Of a stretch of DNA of 64,000 nucleotides, positions 27,067-36,773 are shown in pieces. The first letter of the stretch is position 1. Each line of letters starts with the position of its first letter. The stretch is from a virus. A program made the translations under genes and the position numbers. The stretch lies in IMG/VR virus record IMGVR_UViG_3300034105_003474, positions 64,001 through 128,000 of that record; one strand, 5' to 3'. The notes under the pieces are model-generated. The model made no database searches. It saw only the letters and a list, made by a program, of their open reading frames with translations, and was not told the DNA's origin.

Positions 27067-28916
27067 ACAACACTCGCGACTATATCTTCCAACGCTGAGT
27101 CAGCCTTGAGTTTTGGTGGTTTTACAACAAGGTCTGCCAATTGTTTTGGGGTCATTGCTTGCATCTCTCTTAAGCGTGACGACGCCTTTCCGATGTCTGC
27201 CTGCATCTTTTCCATTTCTTTCAACTTTTCGGGAGACATCGCCCATTCTCCTATCAAATTACGATCTTTCAGCATCTCGTCAAGTTGACTCAAGAGACGA
27301 TTTTCCAATGAATCTGCGTCAATTTTCTTTATATCTTGGAGAACTTTTTCAGCATCCTCAACCAGTTTTGCATGCTTCTCAACTGTCCCACCGTGGCGAC
27401 TATTCAGTTCTTGACCAAGATAACCATATTGAAGACCGCCAGCAAACTTTTCTGCTGTTTCGCTGAAATCAAAAACGTTGAGAATAAAACTATGGTCAAT
27501 GGGGACTGCGTCCACACCATCAGAGTTTTCAGCAAAAAGGATGTTTCCGCTATGCCTGTCACCATTAGCCATAGCAATATCCATGATTTGCATATGGAGT
27601 AGTTTGCGACTGTCCACCTTTGCCAATGTTTCAGGGGTGGCAGAGAGTATTTGTCCCTCATATGAGTTGTGAACCAAATCGGTTACTACTCCCATGGCTG
27701 CCTGTGTCGGGGATGCTTGAACAACTCGCAAAGATGAAGATGGATACCCAAAGTCTTCTGTCATGGAAACAGCAAGAACTTCGCTCGCTGGCTCATACCA
27801 TCGGGATGCTCCTCCCTTGGTCAGAGGGGCATTGCTTAACGGGGATTTTTTATCCCAAAGTTGTGTGCGTGAAGCGTATTTAACGCCCAACATTTGACCT
27901 GTAGTTCTATCACGCAAGCGGTTCATTCCAACCACTCCCCCACCAGTGCCAATAAGTTCAAACCTCTTCAGTTCCGCAATGTTCCCATCCTCGTCGTAAA
28001 CATCAATATTTTCTAGGATTGCGTCAAGAACCAGAGTGTCGCTGATTTCGTTCAGTTTCCCGCCATTAGCGATATGTTGTGAAGCCTTTTCACCAGTATC
28101 AATGTTTTTATCCACGCTAGGTAAATCACGGGCAATGTTCCTACCGTTGGCATCAGCAACACCAATTTGTGGGTCAAAGTCTTTAGCCTTGGCAATAGCG
28201 CTGTTGCCTTTCTTGAACCCGCTAGGGGATTTGACCACGGGTGGATCAGCCTTTGGATCGTCTTTTTTATCTTTGCGACGCTTTAATGTCGCTAAGAGGA
28301 AATTCTTTGCATCAACGGTGGCGTCTCGTTTAATCTTCCCCGCTACTGCTTCCAACTGTTCTTTTTTCTTGTCAGATATTTTCCCGCGCCTATGAAGCGA
28401 GTCAGTAGCAAAGTCCAATAGTTGCGCACCGCCAGACTTCAATAAAACCATACCGAAAAGCGTAGATTGTGTCATTGAATCTGAACCATCTGCGTACATG
28501 TAATCCATTGTTTGCAGGGCAATCATCGCCGCTGCTTTTGAACCATTTTTTACTTTTTCAGATTTGAAAATTACCCGAGCGCCATCAATCAATTTTCCAG
28601 CCATGGAAGCCGCCCCGCGTGCTGCTGATTCAGCAGAAGGGGTGAGGCAGTTGGACATCTGCATGTCGGTGAACTGATTTGCGTTAGGTGTACCGGGTGG
28701 GCATCGCAACTTACCCAAAGAATCAACTATCACCCCCGCAGCACGCGCCGCTCTATGACCAACAGAGGTTAACTCTGGTCGGTCTTTTACAGTAGGTCCA
28801 AGGAAACCTTTGAACAGCAAAACATTCTCTTGAACAGCAGCAACAGATTTGCGGTATTCTGCAACTCTCTCGTTTGCGTCAAAAGCGCGAGACGATTTAA
28901 TCATCGCCTCAACCAA
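27063..28916 (-). CDS. Polymorphic head-module protein: divergent RCPPG module plus C-terminal HipA/PI3K-like kinase
   Basis: RCPPGTPNANQFTD..SNC; GGGVVG, GVK, SEVLA, DIAMANGDRHSGN, PIDH. Confidence 0.78.
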   Translation of the reverse strand: MVEAMIKSSRAFDANERVAEYRKSVAAVQENVLLFKGFLGPTVKDRPELTSVGHRAARAAGVIVDSLGKLRCPPGTPNANQFTDMQMSNCLTPSAESAARGAASMAGKLIDGARVIFKSEKVKNGSKAAAMIALQTMDYMYADGSDSMTQSTLFGMVLLKSGGAQLLDFATDSLHRRGKISDKKKEQLEAVAGKIKRDATVDAKNFLLATLKRRKDKKDDPKADPPVVKSPSGFKKGNSAIAKAKDFDPQIGVADANGRNIARDLPSVDKNIDTGEKASQHIANGGKLNEISDTLVLDAILENIDVYDEDGNIAELKRFELIGTGGGVVGMNRLRDRTTGQMLGVKYASRTQLWDKKSPLSNAPLTKGGASRWYEPASEVLAVSMTEDFGYPSSSLRVVQASPTQAAMGVVTDLVHNSYEGQILSATPETLAKVDSRKLLHMQIMDIAMANGDRHSGNILFAENSDGVDAVPIDHSFILNVFDFSETAEKFAGGLQYGYLGQELNSRHGGTVEKHAKLVEDAEKVLQDIKKIDADSLENRLLSQLDEMLKDRNLIGEWAMSPEKLKEMEKMQADIGKASSRLREMQAMTPKQLADLVVKPPKLKADSALEDIVASVV

Positions 28917-29246
28917 CTATTTGTCGCTAGATTCTGACGCTTTGTTAAAGAAAGAAAGTGGAACAACATCATCATCCTCTGCATCTTTTTTCTTAGAAGG
29001 CTTTTTCGTTTCCACTTTGGTTTCTTGTGCATCCTCAACAGGTTCATCAACGCTGATCTCTACTGATGCAGGTGTTTCAACTTCCAACACTGCTTCTTCA
29101 ACGACAACTACTTCCTCTTTGACTTCAACCTCAACAACAGAAATCTGAACTTCAGGCGTCTCAACTACGGGCACTTGTTCTTGTTTTGTGTCAAAAGCAA
29201 GACCAGAAGTGTTCACTGAGTCAAAAGGTTGGTTTTCTTTTTTCAT
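28917..29246 (-). CDS. Acidic low-complexity protein
   Basis: Glu/Val-rich 109-aa ORF tightly packed in the operon. Confidence 0.65.
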   Translation of the reverse strand: MKKENQPFDSVNTSGLAFDTKQEQVPVVETPEVQISVVEVEVKEEVVVVEEAVLEVETPASVEISVDEPVEDAQETKVETKKPSKKKDAEDDDVVPLSFFNKASESSDK

Positions 29247-30724
29247 TAAATGTCGCCAAGACCTGTTTCAATTTCAAGCATTTCAAGTTCCATCAAACTG
29301 CTTAGGAACTCTTTCGCTTCGTCATCCAAAAGAGTCTTTTCTTCCGACCATTCGGCAGGAATCATGTCTTCTTTGTCAAGTTCCATTGCACGCTTCTTGA
29401 TGTGTGCTTTTGCTTTTTCTTTATCTTTTGCGCGACCGTAAGACATGATTGCGTTCTTCAAGTCTTCTTCGTCCTTGATTGGGTATGAGCCGTCTGGCAA
29501 AGCCATTCCGCCCTTAGCCATTTCGTCACGCTCATCTTCGCTGTACATTGCCTTAAGGGCAACATCGGCTACTTCTGCATCAATGTCTGCGGCTTCTTCA
29601 GGATCGTATTCATCAAATCCGAGGATTTCACCGTCAACACCAACATAAACATCGTATGACTTTCCGTCTACGCCTTCAATTTCTACAGCGTAAGCGTCGT
29701 AACCATCAAACATATCTGCGTCTACAGAAACAACTTCGCCTTCAATTGACTTGGTTGCAATATCTGAAGCCTCACTGAACGAGATTACTTTTTGTCCGGG
29801 TACGGTTGCTACTTCACCGATCAAATCTTCATTCAAAAGGTGCCAGCCCATGCACTCGCCTGACGAACCGTCAAAGTAAGCCTCAACTGGCTTTCCATCT
29901 TTGCGTTGAACATCAACAACAAAAACATCAACTTCGTCCGCGTAGCCAGAGTCAAGAACTTTTCCTGCGAACATGCTCTCTGCCATTCCTTCAATTTCAA
30001 GAAGACTTGGCATTGTGTCTTGTTGTTCACATCCACCTGGGCATGATGCACAGATTTCTGAACCACCCGCATAGACGCGACGCTCAATGGCGCAAACAAA
30101 AGCAAGATCGTCGTAGTCAGCAGACTTGACACCCATTGTTTCCATGCGCTTAGCGCGAGCCTTCTTGCGTTGCTCCATCATCTTTTCAATCTCGCTGTAC
30201 ATCTTCTCTTCTTCATCATCAAGATCTTCAGGCATGTCTTCTTCGTCGTCTTCTTCTTCCATATCCACGACTTCAGTAGGCTTCTTTTTCTTTTTTGCAG
30301 GAGCAGGGGTCATTCCCTCTTCCATCATTGCGAGATCTTCTTCCATCTTTGCTCCCTTTTCGTCTGAAGCGGTAACCCACTCAGATTTTTCGGTTGCTAC
30401 TTCTGGTGCTGCGTCAGCAGGTACGGCTTCTTCCGTTTGCGTGACAGCCTTCGCTCCACACTTGCCACAAACTTTTGCGCCGGGCTTGTAGCCACATTCT
30501 GTTAACTCCAAACCTTTGGCGCATTCAATTCCGCCGTCTGCAAGAAGTTTTACTGTTGGTGTTTCGCTAGCCATGTTCGTGGACTCCTTGTAGTGCATTG
30601 TTTTTGCAATACACTTTGTTGGATTAGAGCAAACAGAGCATGGCGTCAAGCGTTTATCGCCTGACATCAGACACTGATATTTTGCTGTTTTTTGTGGTAA
30701 ACCTGTTATTGAAGTATAACCCAT
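29246..30724 (-). CDS. Acidic head-module protein with Cys clusters, PepSY-like repeats and a C-terminal DUF6582-like domain
   Basis: ISFSEASDIA...GEVVSV...YAVEI...YDVYV..DGEIL (PepSY-like); ALPDGSYPI...KRA.EL. Alternative start at 30574 has an AGGAG RBS. Confidence 0.6.
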   Translation of the reverse strand: MGYTSITGLPQKTAKYQCLMSGDKRLTPCSVCSNPTKCIAKTMHYKESTNMASETPTVKLLADGGIECAKGLELTECGYKPGAKVCGKCGAKAVTQTEEAVPADAAPEVATEKSEWVTASDEKGAKMEEDLAMMEEGMTPAPAKKKKKPTEVVDMEEEDDEEDMPEDLDDEEEKMYSEIEKMMEQRKKARAKRMETMGVKSADYDDLAFVCAIERRVYAGGSEICASCPGGCEQQDTMPSLLEIEGMAESMFAGKVLDSGYADEVDVFVVDVQRKDGKPVEAYFDGSSGECMGWHLLNEDLIGEVATVPGQKVISFSEASDIATKSIEGEVVSVDADMFDGYDAYAVEIEGVDGKSYDVYVGVDGEILGFDEYDPEEAADIDAEVADVALKAMYSEDERDEMAKGGMALPDGSYPIKDEEDLKNAIMSYGRAKDKEKAKAHIKKRAMELDKEDMIPAEWSEEKTLLDDEAKEFLSSLMELEMLEIETGLGDI

Positions 30725-30778
30725 ATTAGTGTTTTGTTTTTGTTACAAATGGAACAGTCTTAAAAACCGTTTTTTTAT

Positions 30779-32881
30779 TTACATTGAGTCCATGATGTTG
30801 AGCAACGCATCAAATGCTTCGTCCTCTACACCATCAATCTCAACCATCACTCCGTCCTCGGTGACTTCTGATTTGATTTGATAATAATCCAGAATTGGAT
30901 CCAAAAGTTCTTTGACTTCGTACAGTGATCGTTCAGCAGAAGAAACCATGAGAGTTTCTTTCTCATCCAAGGACAATGACTTAGCCTCAATCTCTGAAGC
31001 CACACCACCTGAACTCAACACTTCCTTGAGAAGGTTGAAAGCGTTCTGTAGTTTTGTCATATTCCGTGAACTGATAACCCGTCCTGCTTTGACTTCAATG
31101 TCTTCATCGGCGTCTTTGCCCATGAGTTCAGCAATAGCCGCCATCAGCATGCCCATCATCTGCTTAGGGTCTTTGCCTCCGCCACCGCAACCACAGTCAT
31201 CATCGTCGTCAGAGTCTTTGTAGTAAGGCATTTCCATAACTCCGCCGTTATCGTCATCGCCTTCCATGACCCAGTTTTTCTTATCTGCCATGTAGTTGAT
31301 GAAGTCAGGCTCATCATTCATGAATTGCTTCAGAGCCTCATAAGCCTTTTCGTTGCCCTCGTCTTCGTTCTCAAACTCAACATCTTCCATTTTCATGGTT
31401 TCTTCTGTTTCATCTGATTCAGCCAAACGGTCAGCCATAGCCTCCATCATTTCGTAACCCTTTTCCTCAGAGTCAAGGAAGTCAAATATTGACTTGATTT
31501 CTTCTTCAGTCATGGTTTCAAGCGATTTGCCGGGCTTGAGTACTCCCCTAAGACGGTTATTGAATTCGTCGTCGTCCCAGTTCAACTTGCGTAGTTTGCC
31601 ACGACAGTTCTTCATGCCCGGATGATGGCATCCTTCGTTCGGCCAGAGACCAGTTGTTTCATGGTGAAGCCAAGCGCAAATATTACTCAACGGGTAAAGT
31701 TCAGGGTGGTTGGCGAGAATCACACGGCAACGGCGGAATCCGCCCGGCTTGCGCATGATTGGGCGCCAGTAGCGGAGCAGTTTTTCAAGGTTTCCACGAC
31801 GAGGACCGTATCCACGGGTACGGGCAGTAACAATTTCTTGAGGAATGATACCGCCAAGTGGGTCAGCCTTTTCAGGTGACTTTGGTTTTACGCCTGCTGG
31901 TACCTGTGGATCTGCATCAAGGTTGTATCGGTCTTCGTACCTGCGCTCAGCGTCAGAACCGCTTGGCTTGTCTCCATCAACATTGATGTAAACAACCTGT
32001 GGCTTGACCCTTGTGGCTTCGCCGATCATAAATTGTCCATCTTCGTAATGATACGAAACGCGCATCGTGATGATGCCTTGACCTTCTACACGGTGGTCAA
32101 ATATCGCGCTATTTGCATCTGATTCACGAATCCGTACTGCGCCACCAAACTTCTTCGCTAATGCAAGTGGGAGGTTGGCTTCACGACTGCGGTTTGGCAT
32201 AGGTGCATCAATTGCGTCATCGTCTTGTTCTGGCTTTGCTTCTACTTGTGGCTTGTTGCGTTGCATATTGCTTGCCATGAAGCGTGCAAGAAGCGAACGA
32301 CCCGCTTCAGTAATGTTGCCATTTTCTTCTCGCATGTAACCTTTTTCGTCGTTGCCTTCAAACGACTTGATGGAAATCGTTCCCGTAAGTTGGTTTGCGC
32401 CATGAAGAACAGGGCTTGCTTCGTATAGTTCTACCTTCTTCAATACGTTTGCTTGGCGCTGTGGGTCAAAATCGGCATCAAGGGTTTTGTAGCCAATTGA
32501 CCACTCTTGCTCTTCTCCGAAGAAAGCAACATCGGCAAAAGCCTGACGACCGCGTTCTGATTTCAGATTGAACTGAACTTTGGCGTATAGACCGCCAATA
32601 CCAGCGGCACGCATCTTCATTGGAAGTCGTGGATCCGATGGTGGAACTTCGTACATTTCAAGAACTTTGCCAATTGGCTCATTCCAGTTGTGACCCCAAA
32701 CAACACGGGGTTTGCGCCTCTTAAGGCTGTCTGTGAAAGCGCCCGGAACGATGATGTCGCCGACACTGTCCTTGTTGCCGATTCCTGCAACGAAACATTC
32801 AACTACGCCTTGCGCTTCGTCAATGTTGAACTGACCTTGTAGCGCCTTGTATTGCTGTGTTTCGGTCATCGTCGTAGACAT
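30779..32881 (-). CDS. HK97-family prohead protease with long C-terminal extension
   Basis: DSVGDII.PGAF, VVWGHNWNEPIG, WSIGY, LYEASPV..GAN; position after the portal gene. Confidence 0.92.
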   Translation of the reverse strand: MSTTMTETQQYKALQGQFNIDEAQGVVECFVAGIGNKDSVGDIIVPGAFTDSLKRRKPRVVWGHNWNEPIGKVLEMYEVPPSDPRLPMKMRAAGIGGLYAKVQFNLKSERGRQAFADVAFFGEEQEWSIGYKTLDADFDPQRQANVLKKVELYEASPVLHGANQLTGTISIKSFEGNDEKGYMREENGNITEAGRSLLARFMASNMQRNKPQVEAKPEQDDDAIDAPMPNRSREANLPLALAKKFGGAVRIRESDANSAIFDHRVEGQGIITMRVSYHYEDGQFMIGEATRVKPQVVYINVDGDKPSGSDAERRYEDRYNLDADPQVPAGVKPKSPEKADPLGGIIPQEIVTARTRGYGPRRGNLEKLLRYWRPIMRKPGGFRRCRVILANHPELYPLSNICAWLHHETTGLWPNEGCHHPGMKNCRGKLRKLNWDDDEFNNRLRGVLKPGKSLETMTEEEIKSIFDFLDSEEKGYEMMEAMADRLAESDETEETMKMEDVEFENEDEGNEKAYEALKQFMNDEPDFINYMADKKNWVMEGDDDNGGVMEMPYYKDSDDDDDCGCGGGGKDPKQMMGMLMAAIAELMGKDADEDIEVKAGRVISSRNMTKLQNAFNLLKEVLSSGGVASEIEAKSLSLDEKETLMVSSAERSLYEVKELLDPILDYYQIKSEVTEDGVMVEIDGVEDEAFDALLNIMDSM

Positions 32882-32977
32882 GGTTCTCCAATTAAAAGTT
32901 GTTTATTAAACAATAAACTATTTGGAGTCCCAAAACGGGAACACTTTAAGTATAACCCCTGTGTTTTACTGAAAATA

Positions 32978-35182
32978 CTATTCAGTGAAACCAAAACGCA
33001 AACGACAACGACAATTGAAAGTCAATGCAGGCGGAGCAACTGGATCACCGGGAAAGCGCAATGCAAGACCATCAACGATGAACCCGTCACCAAACTCAAC
33101 GGTTTTGCCTTCAAGGAATTTATGTGCATTACGCACACGCGAGTCCTTACGGGTGATCCAGGTTTTTGTCATACCAACATTGTTTTCTTTGCCAGCCAAG
33201 AAGACACCGCCGTTGTATGAAGCCTGAGCCTCATGTTCAGCAATATCCCTGCGACGCTTGGAAATTAGTTTCAAGAAAATGGCGATCAAAGCCAAGCGCA
33301 AAAGCACCGAACGCTCTTCTTCATCTTCTTCCATCAGCGCAATGGCTATCGCTGCTGAAATTTCTTCTGCCGTTGTGGTGTTTGCCTGTTGCATACGCTC
33401 TATTTGTTGCTGAGCAAGTTTCTCAACCTCTTGTGGCTCCATCACTACATTGCTACTAGTGCGTGAAGCGACATACTCTTTGGCATCAGTGTAGATAGCC
33501 AAAATGATTGGCTCTAGATCTTCTGCTAGTTGCTTGTCCCAAATCTCGCGATCAAAAATCATGTCAACTGTTAGCACACCGCTAGATATTGACTTGATTC
33601 CTCGTTTGCCAAAAGCCTTCTCCAAAACGACTCGCTGTTGGCGTTCAAAGATTCTCTCAAGGGCACGGTCAAGTATTTCCGTCCATCGCTCTGTGTCTGT
33701 GTCGGCTTTTGTTTCTAGTTCTTGCACAAACTTCAGTTGCATTTCATGCTGAATCTTCTCAAATTCAGATAGTTGCTGATCAGGAGTGAGTGATGCTGTT
33801 TCCGTTGCTTGAGCAGGCATGTCAGGCGCTGGAACTGGTGTTGGTGGTGCAGGAACAGGCATCTCCATCGCACCTTCTTGTGGAGGTAGACCCGGAGGCG
33901 CAGCGTTTGGATCAACACCCGCCATGTCAACTGGCTGTTGTTCTTCGGGCTTAAACGGCTTCTCCGTGTTCGCAATTGGCGTGAGGTTCGGGTTGGAAAG
34001 CAAACTGTCAGCAAGTTCAGAATCAACTTTTTTGCGACCAGTAGCAGTACGGTACTCGTTCAGACTGATTAGACCCTGTTGGAACTCGTCCATCACATAT
34101 CGTTCGCGTTCTTGTTTTGCAAGAATTAGAATTGGAATGTCTTCGGTGTCAAAGTCAACATAGTATTTATCGTCAAGTTCATCAAGTGCTCGCGCCAATG
34201 TGTGAAGGTGTGGAGCCATTGTCTCCATCCAAAAAACACGGAGTTCTTCGGAAGCATTAGAGAAAGTTCTTCCCGAAGCGTTACCGATTACAGATTCAGG
34301 AACACCAAAGGCGGCGAAGATTTCATTTTTCTGAATTTCACGCATCTGTGTGTAAGCCGCATCTCGTGGTGAAGCAGATGTGTCCACATAGTCAACACCA
34401 GCCTCAGAAGCAATCACTGTTGTTGATCCTGTTCGCGAAATGTTGCCACGGAACCTATTCTTCAACTCTTGCTTGTCATCATCTTCCATGTCGCCTCTAA
34501 CAACGAGTAGACCGCCCGGGCGTCCGTCGTTGATGAGATAGTTGCGGTTATAAAGTTTTGACAGGTTCTCTAATTCAATAGCGATACCAGCGGACTCCAT
34601 TGGCGTCATTGACAGATATGGATCAAGTGGATGTGGTCTGCGAATCCAACACACGTCTTCAGGCTTTAGAACAAACTTTGTTCCGTTGCGCATGTCAACT
34701 TCAAAACCTTGCACGAACTTCTTTGAATCAGGAATCGGTGCCGTGTACTGTGGCGGGAGAAGTTGTAGGGCGATTATTTTTCCGTCTCGCGAACGAACTT
34801 TCTCAATGAATACGCCTCTGGTACTCATCAAGAGTTGCGCAGAAATTCGGTACCTGAAAGCAAACGAATTTTCTCCGTCATTTGATTTAGAGTTAAAAAT
34901 CTCTAGTAGAGGCTTGTTGTCTTTGGTTTGCTCGCCTCGCTGGTCGTTGCCTTTGCGAAGTATGACGGGGAGTCGTGCTTGGTTTCCTGCGATTGCATCT
35001 ATGCATCGGAACACCCAAGTAACTTTTTGCATTCCTTCTCGGTATGCACGATCAATGTCCCAACCATCTTTGTATGGTTTCCCAACTCGTCCCATGTCAA
35101 AGGCAATAGGCGCACCGGGGTTAGACATTGCCTTTTCGGCGCTGTTTCTGAGATCTTTATTATTTTCGCTATTCCAAGCCAT
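32978..35182 (-). CDS. Portal protein fused to a C-terminal MuF/SPP1 gp7-like head morphogenesis domain
   Basis: VFRCIDAIA, IFAAFGVP, NEYR portal motifs; KTWITRKDSRVRNAH...FPGDP...NCRC MuF motif. Confidence 0.9.
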   Translation of the reverse strand: MAWNSENNKDLRNSAEKAMSNPGAPIAFDMGRVGKPYKDGWDIDRAYREGMQKVTWVFRCIDAIAGNQARLPVILRKGNDQRGEQTKDNKPLLEIFNSKSNDGENSFAFRYRISAQLLMSTRGVFIEKVRSRDGKIIALQLLPPQYTAPIPDSKKFVQGFEVDMRNGTKFVLKPEDVCWIRRPHPLDPYLSMTPMESAGIAIELENLSKLYNRNYLINDGRPGGLLVVRGDMEDDDKQELKNRFRGNISRTGSTTVIASEAGVDYVDTSASPRDAAYTQMREIQKNEIFAAFGVPESVIGNASGRTFSNASEELRVFWMETMAPHLHTLARALDELDDKYYVDFDTEDIPILILAKQERERYVMDEFQQGLISLNEYRTATGRKKVDSELADSLLSNPNLTPIANTEKPFKPEEQQPVDMAGVDPNAAPPGLPPQEGAMEMPVPAPPTPVPAPDMPAQATETASLTPDQQLSEFEKIQHEMQLKFVQELETKADTDTERWTEILDRALERIFERQQRVVLEKAFGKRGIKSISSGVLTVDMIFDREIWDKQLAEDLEPIILAIYTDAKEYVASRTSSNVVMEPQEVEKLAQQQIERMQQANTTTAEEISAAIAIALMEEDEEERSVLLRLALIAIFLKLISKRRRDIAEHEAQASYNGGVFLAGKENNVGMTKTWITRKDSRVRNAHKFLEGKTVEFGDGFIVDGLALRFPGDPVAPPALTFNCRCRLRFGFTE

Positions 35183-35358
35183 TATTCAGATCCCAACAAG
35201 TAACCATAGATTCCGCAGGTTACTCCGAGGGCGATTAAGCCCGCTGGTAGGAAAATGAGACCCGTACCTATTGAAATTCCTGCGACGAATAAAACCATCA
35301 AACAGTTTGCAAGGTTGCGGCGCGTGAGTAAAGAATGTAATTTTCGTAAAATGTTCAT
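35182..35358 (-). CDS. Small two-helix membrane protein, 58 aa
   Basis: Hand-translated MNILRKLHSLLTRRNLANCLMVLFVAGISIGTGLIFLPAGLIALGVTCGIYGYLLGSE; TAATG overlap with the portal start. Confidence 0.65.
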   Translation of the reverse strand: MNILRKLHSLLTRRNLANCLMVLFVAGISIGTGLIFLPAGLIALGVTCGIYGYLLGSE

Positions 35359-35432
35359 TTAGACCGTCACCTTAGCAAATGAAAGACCTATGCAATACTA
35401 CAGTATGTATCTAACTATTTTTACGAGGACTA

Positions 35433-36737
35433 ATGGCTGACTGGAATAAAATCTACGAGTATCTCCAACCGAAGGAATCTTTGTTCTGTCCTGAAGAGGC
35501 TTCTCTGACTCAAAAAGTTTTTTTGCGTAGTTATGCGTTGGAGGGTCTGTTTGGTGGGGCTGCTGGTGGGGGTAAAAGTAGCGCCTTGCTGATGGCGGCA
35601 TTGCAATATGTTGATGTTCCGAACTACTCTGCGATTCTTTTCCGTCGTACCTACGCCGACTTGGCTTTGCCGGGTGCTTTGATGGATCGTTTCCGTAACT
35701 GGGTTATGTCCTATGAGGATGTCCATTGGAACGCGAACAGTTATGTGGCTACTTTCCCTTCTGGTGCCCGTGTTTCCTTCGGTTATCTCAATAATACGAA
35801 CGATTATTTGAGATATAAGGGTTCGGAGTTTCAGTTCATAGGCATGGATGAGGTCACGGAAATCCGTGAAAGTGACTACAGGTATATGTTCTCCCGTTTG
35901 CGCCGTCCTGCTTCGGGTCCGCTTTCCAAGGTTCCGCTCAGAATGAGATCAGCATCCAACCCAGCCCCTAATTGGGTTAGGCAACGATTTATTGTTGAGG
36001 GTAAAAATGAGCAGAGATTTTTTGTTCCATCATTTTTAACAGATAACCCGGGTATTGACGCTGAGTCATACCGTCAGGCGCTTTCTGTCCTTGACCCTGT
36101 TGAGAGGCGACGCCTTGAGATGGGTGACTGGTGGGCGACCACTCTTGGAACATTGTTTGACAGAACCGACTTCCCAATAATTGACGGCTCAGATGTCCCC
36201 GAAATCACCTCCCAAGCCCGCGCTGTCAGGTATTGGGACTTGGCGGCGACCGAACCACACTCAGGTAATACTGACCCCGACTGGACAGTTGGAACCCTTA
36301 TGTTATTTGACCAAGGGATCTCCTACATCATGGATGTCCGTAAAGTTAGGGCTAAATCAGACAAGGTGGAAACACTGATTTCGCAGACCGCTCAGGAAGA
36401 CGGGAAAACGGTAGCCATACGAATGGAGCAGGAACCGGGCTCCTCGGGGAAAGCACTAATTGACCAATATGCACGATATGTAGTTCCGGGTTGGGACTTG
36501 CAAGGAATCCGCTCATCAGGCGACAAGGAGACAAGGGCAAGACCTTTCGCCGCCGCTGTCGCCAACGGCAATGTCCGTCTCGTAAGAGGGAAGTGGATCA
36601 CAGACTGGTTGGACGAAATATCGTCTTTCCCAGAGGCTTGCACCCATGATGACCAAGTTGACTCCGCTGTCGGTGCTTTCACTTTTTTAACTGGTTTGGG
36701 GTTGCCTCAACGCAAGAGAGCCAGTATCATTGTGTGA
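35433..36737 (+). CDS. terL: Terminase large subunit
   Basis: GGAAGGGKS Walker A, IGMDE Walker B, RYWDLA, HDDQVD nuclease motif. Confidence 0.95.
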   Translation: MADWNKIYEYLQPKESLFCPEEASLTQKVFLRSYALEGLFGGAAGGGKSSALLMAALQYVDVPNYSAILFRRTYADLALPGALMDRFRNWVMSYEDVHWNANSYVATFPSGARVSFGYLNNTNDYLRYKGSEFQFIGMDEVTEIRESDYRYMFSRLRRPASGPLSKVPLRMRSASNPAPNWVRQRFIVEGKNEQRFFVPSFLTDNPGIDAESYRQALSVLDPVERRRLEMGDWWATTLGTLFDRTDFPIIDGSDVPEITSQARAVRYWDLAATEPHSGNTDPDWTVGTLMLFDQGISYIMDVRKVRAKSDKVETLISQTAQEDGKTVAIRMEQEPGSSGKALIDQYARYVVPGWDLQGIRSSGDKETRARPFAAAVANGNVRLVRGKWITDWLDEISSFPEACTHDDQVDSAVGAFTFLTGLGLPQRKRASIIV

Positions 36738-36773
36738 AATAAACATATACCACTATCGCCCAAAAGGGGAAAA

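Noticed and set aside
19073-28916. Classical HipBA toxin-antitoxin modules
   Set aside because: The small partner genes lie downstream and lack an HTH, and the kinases are tips of long carrier proteins.
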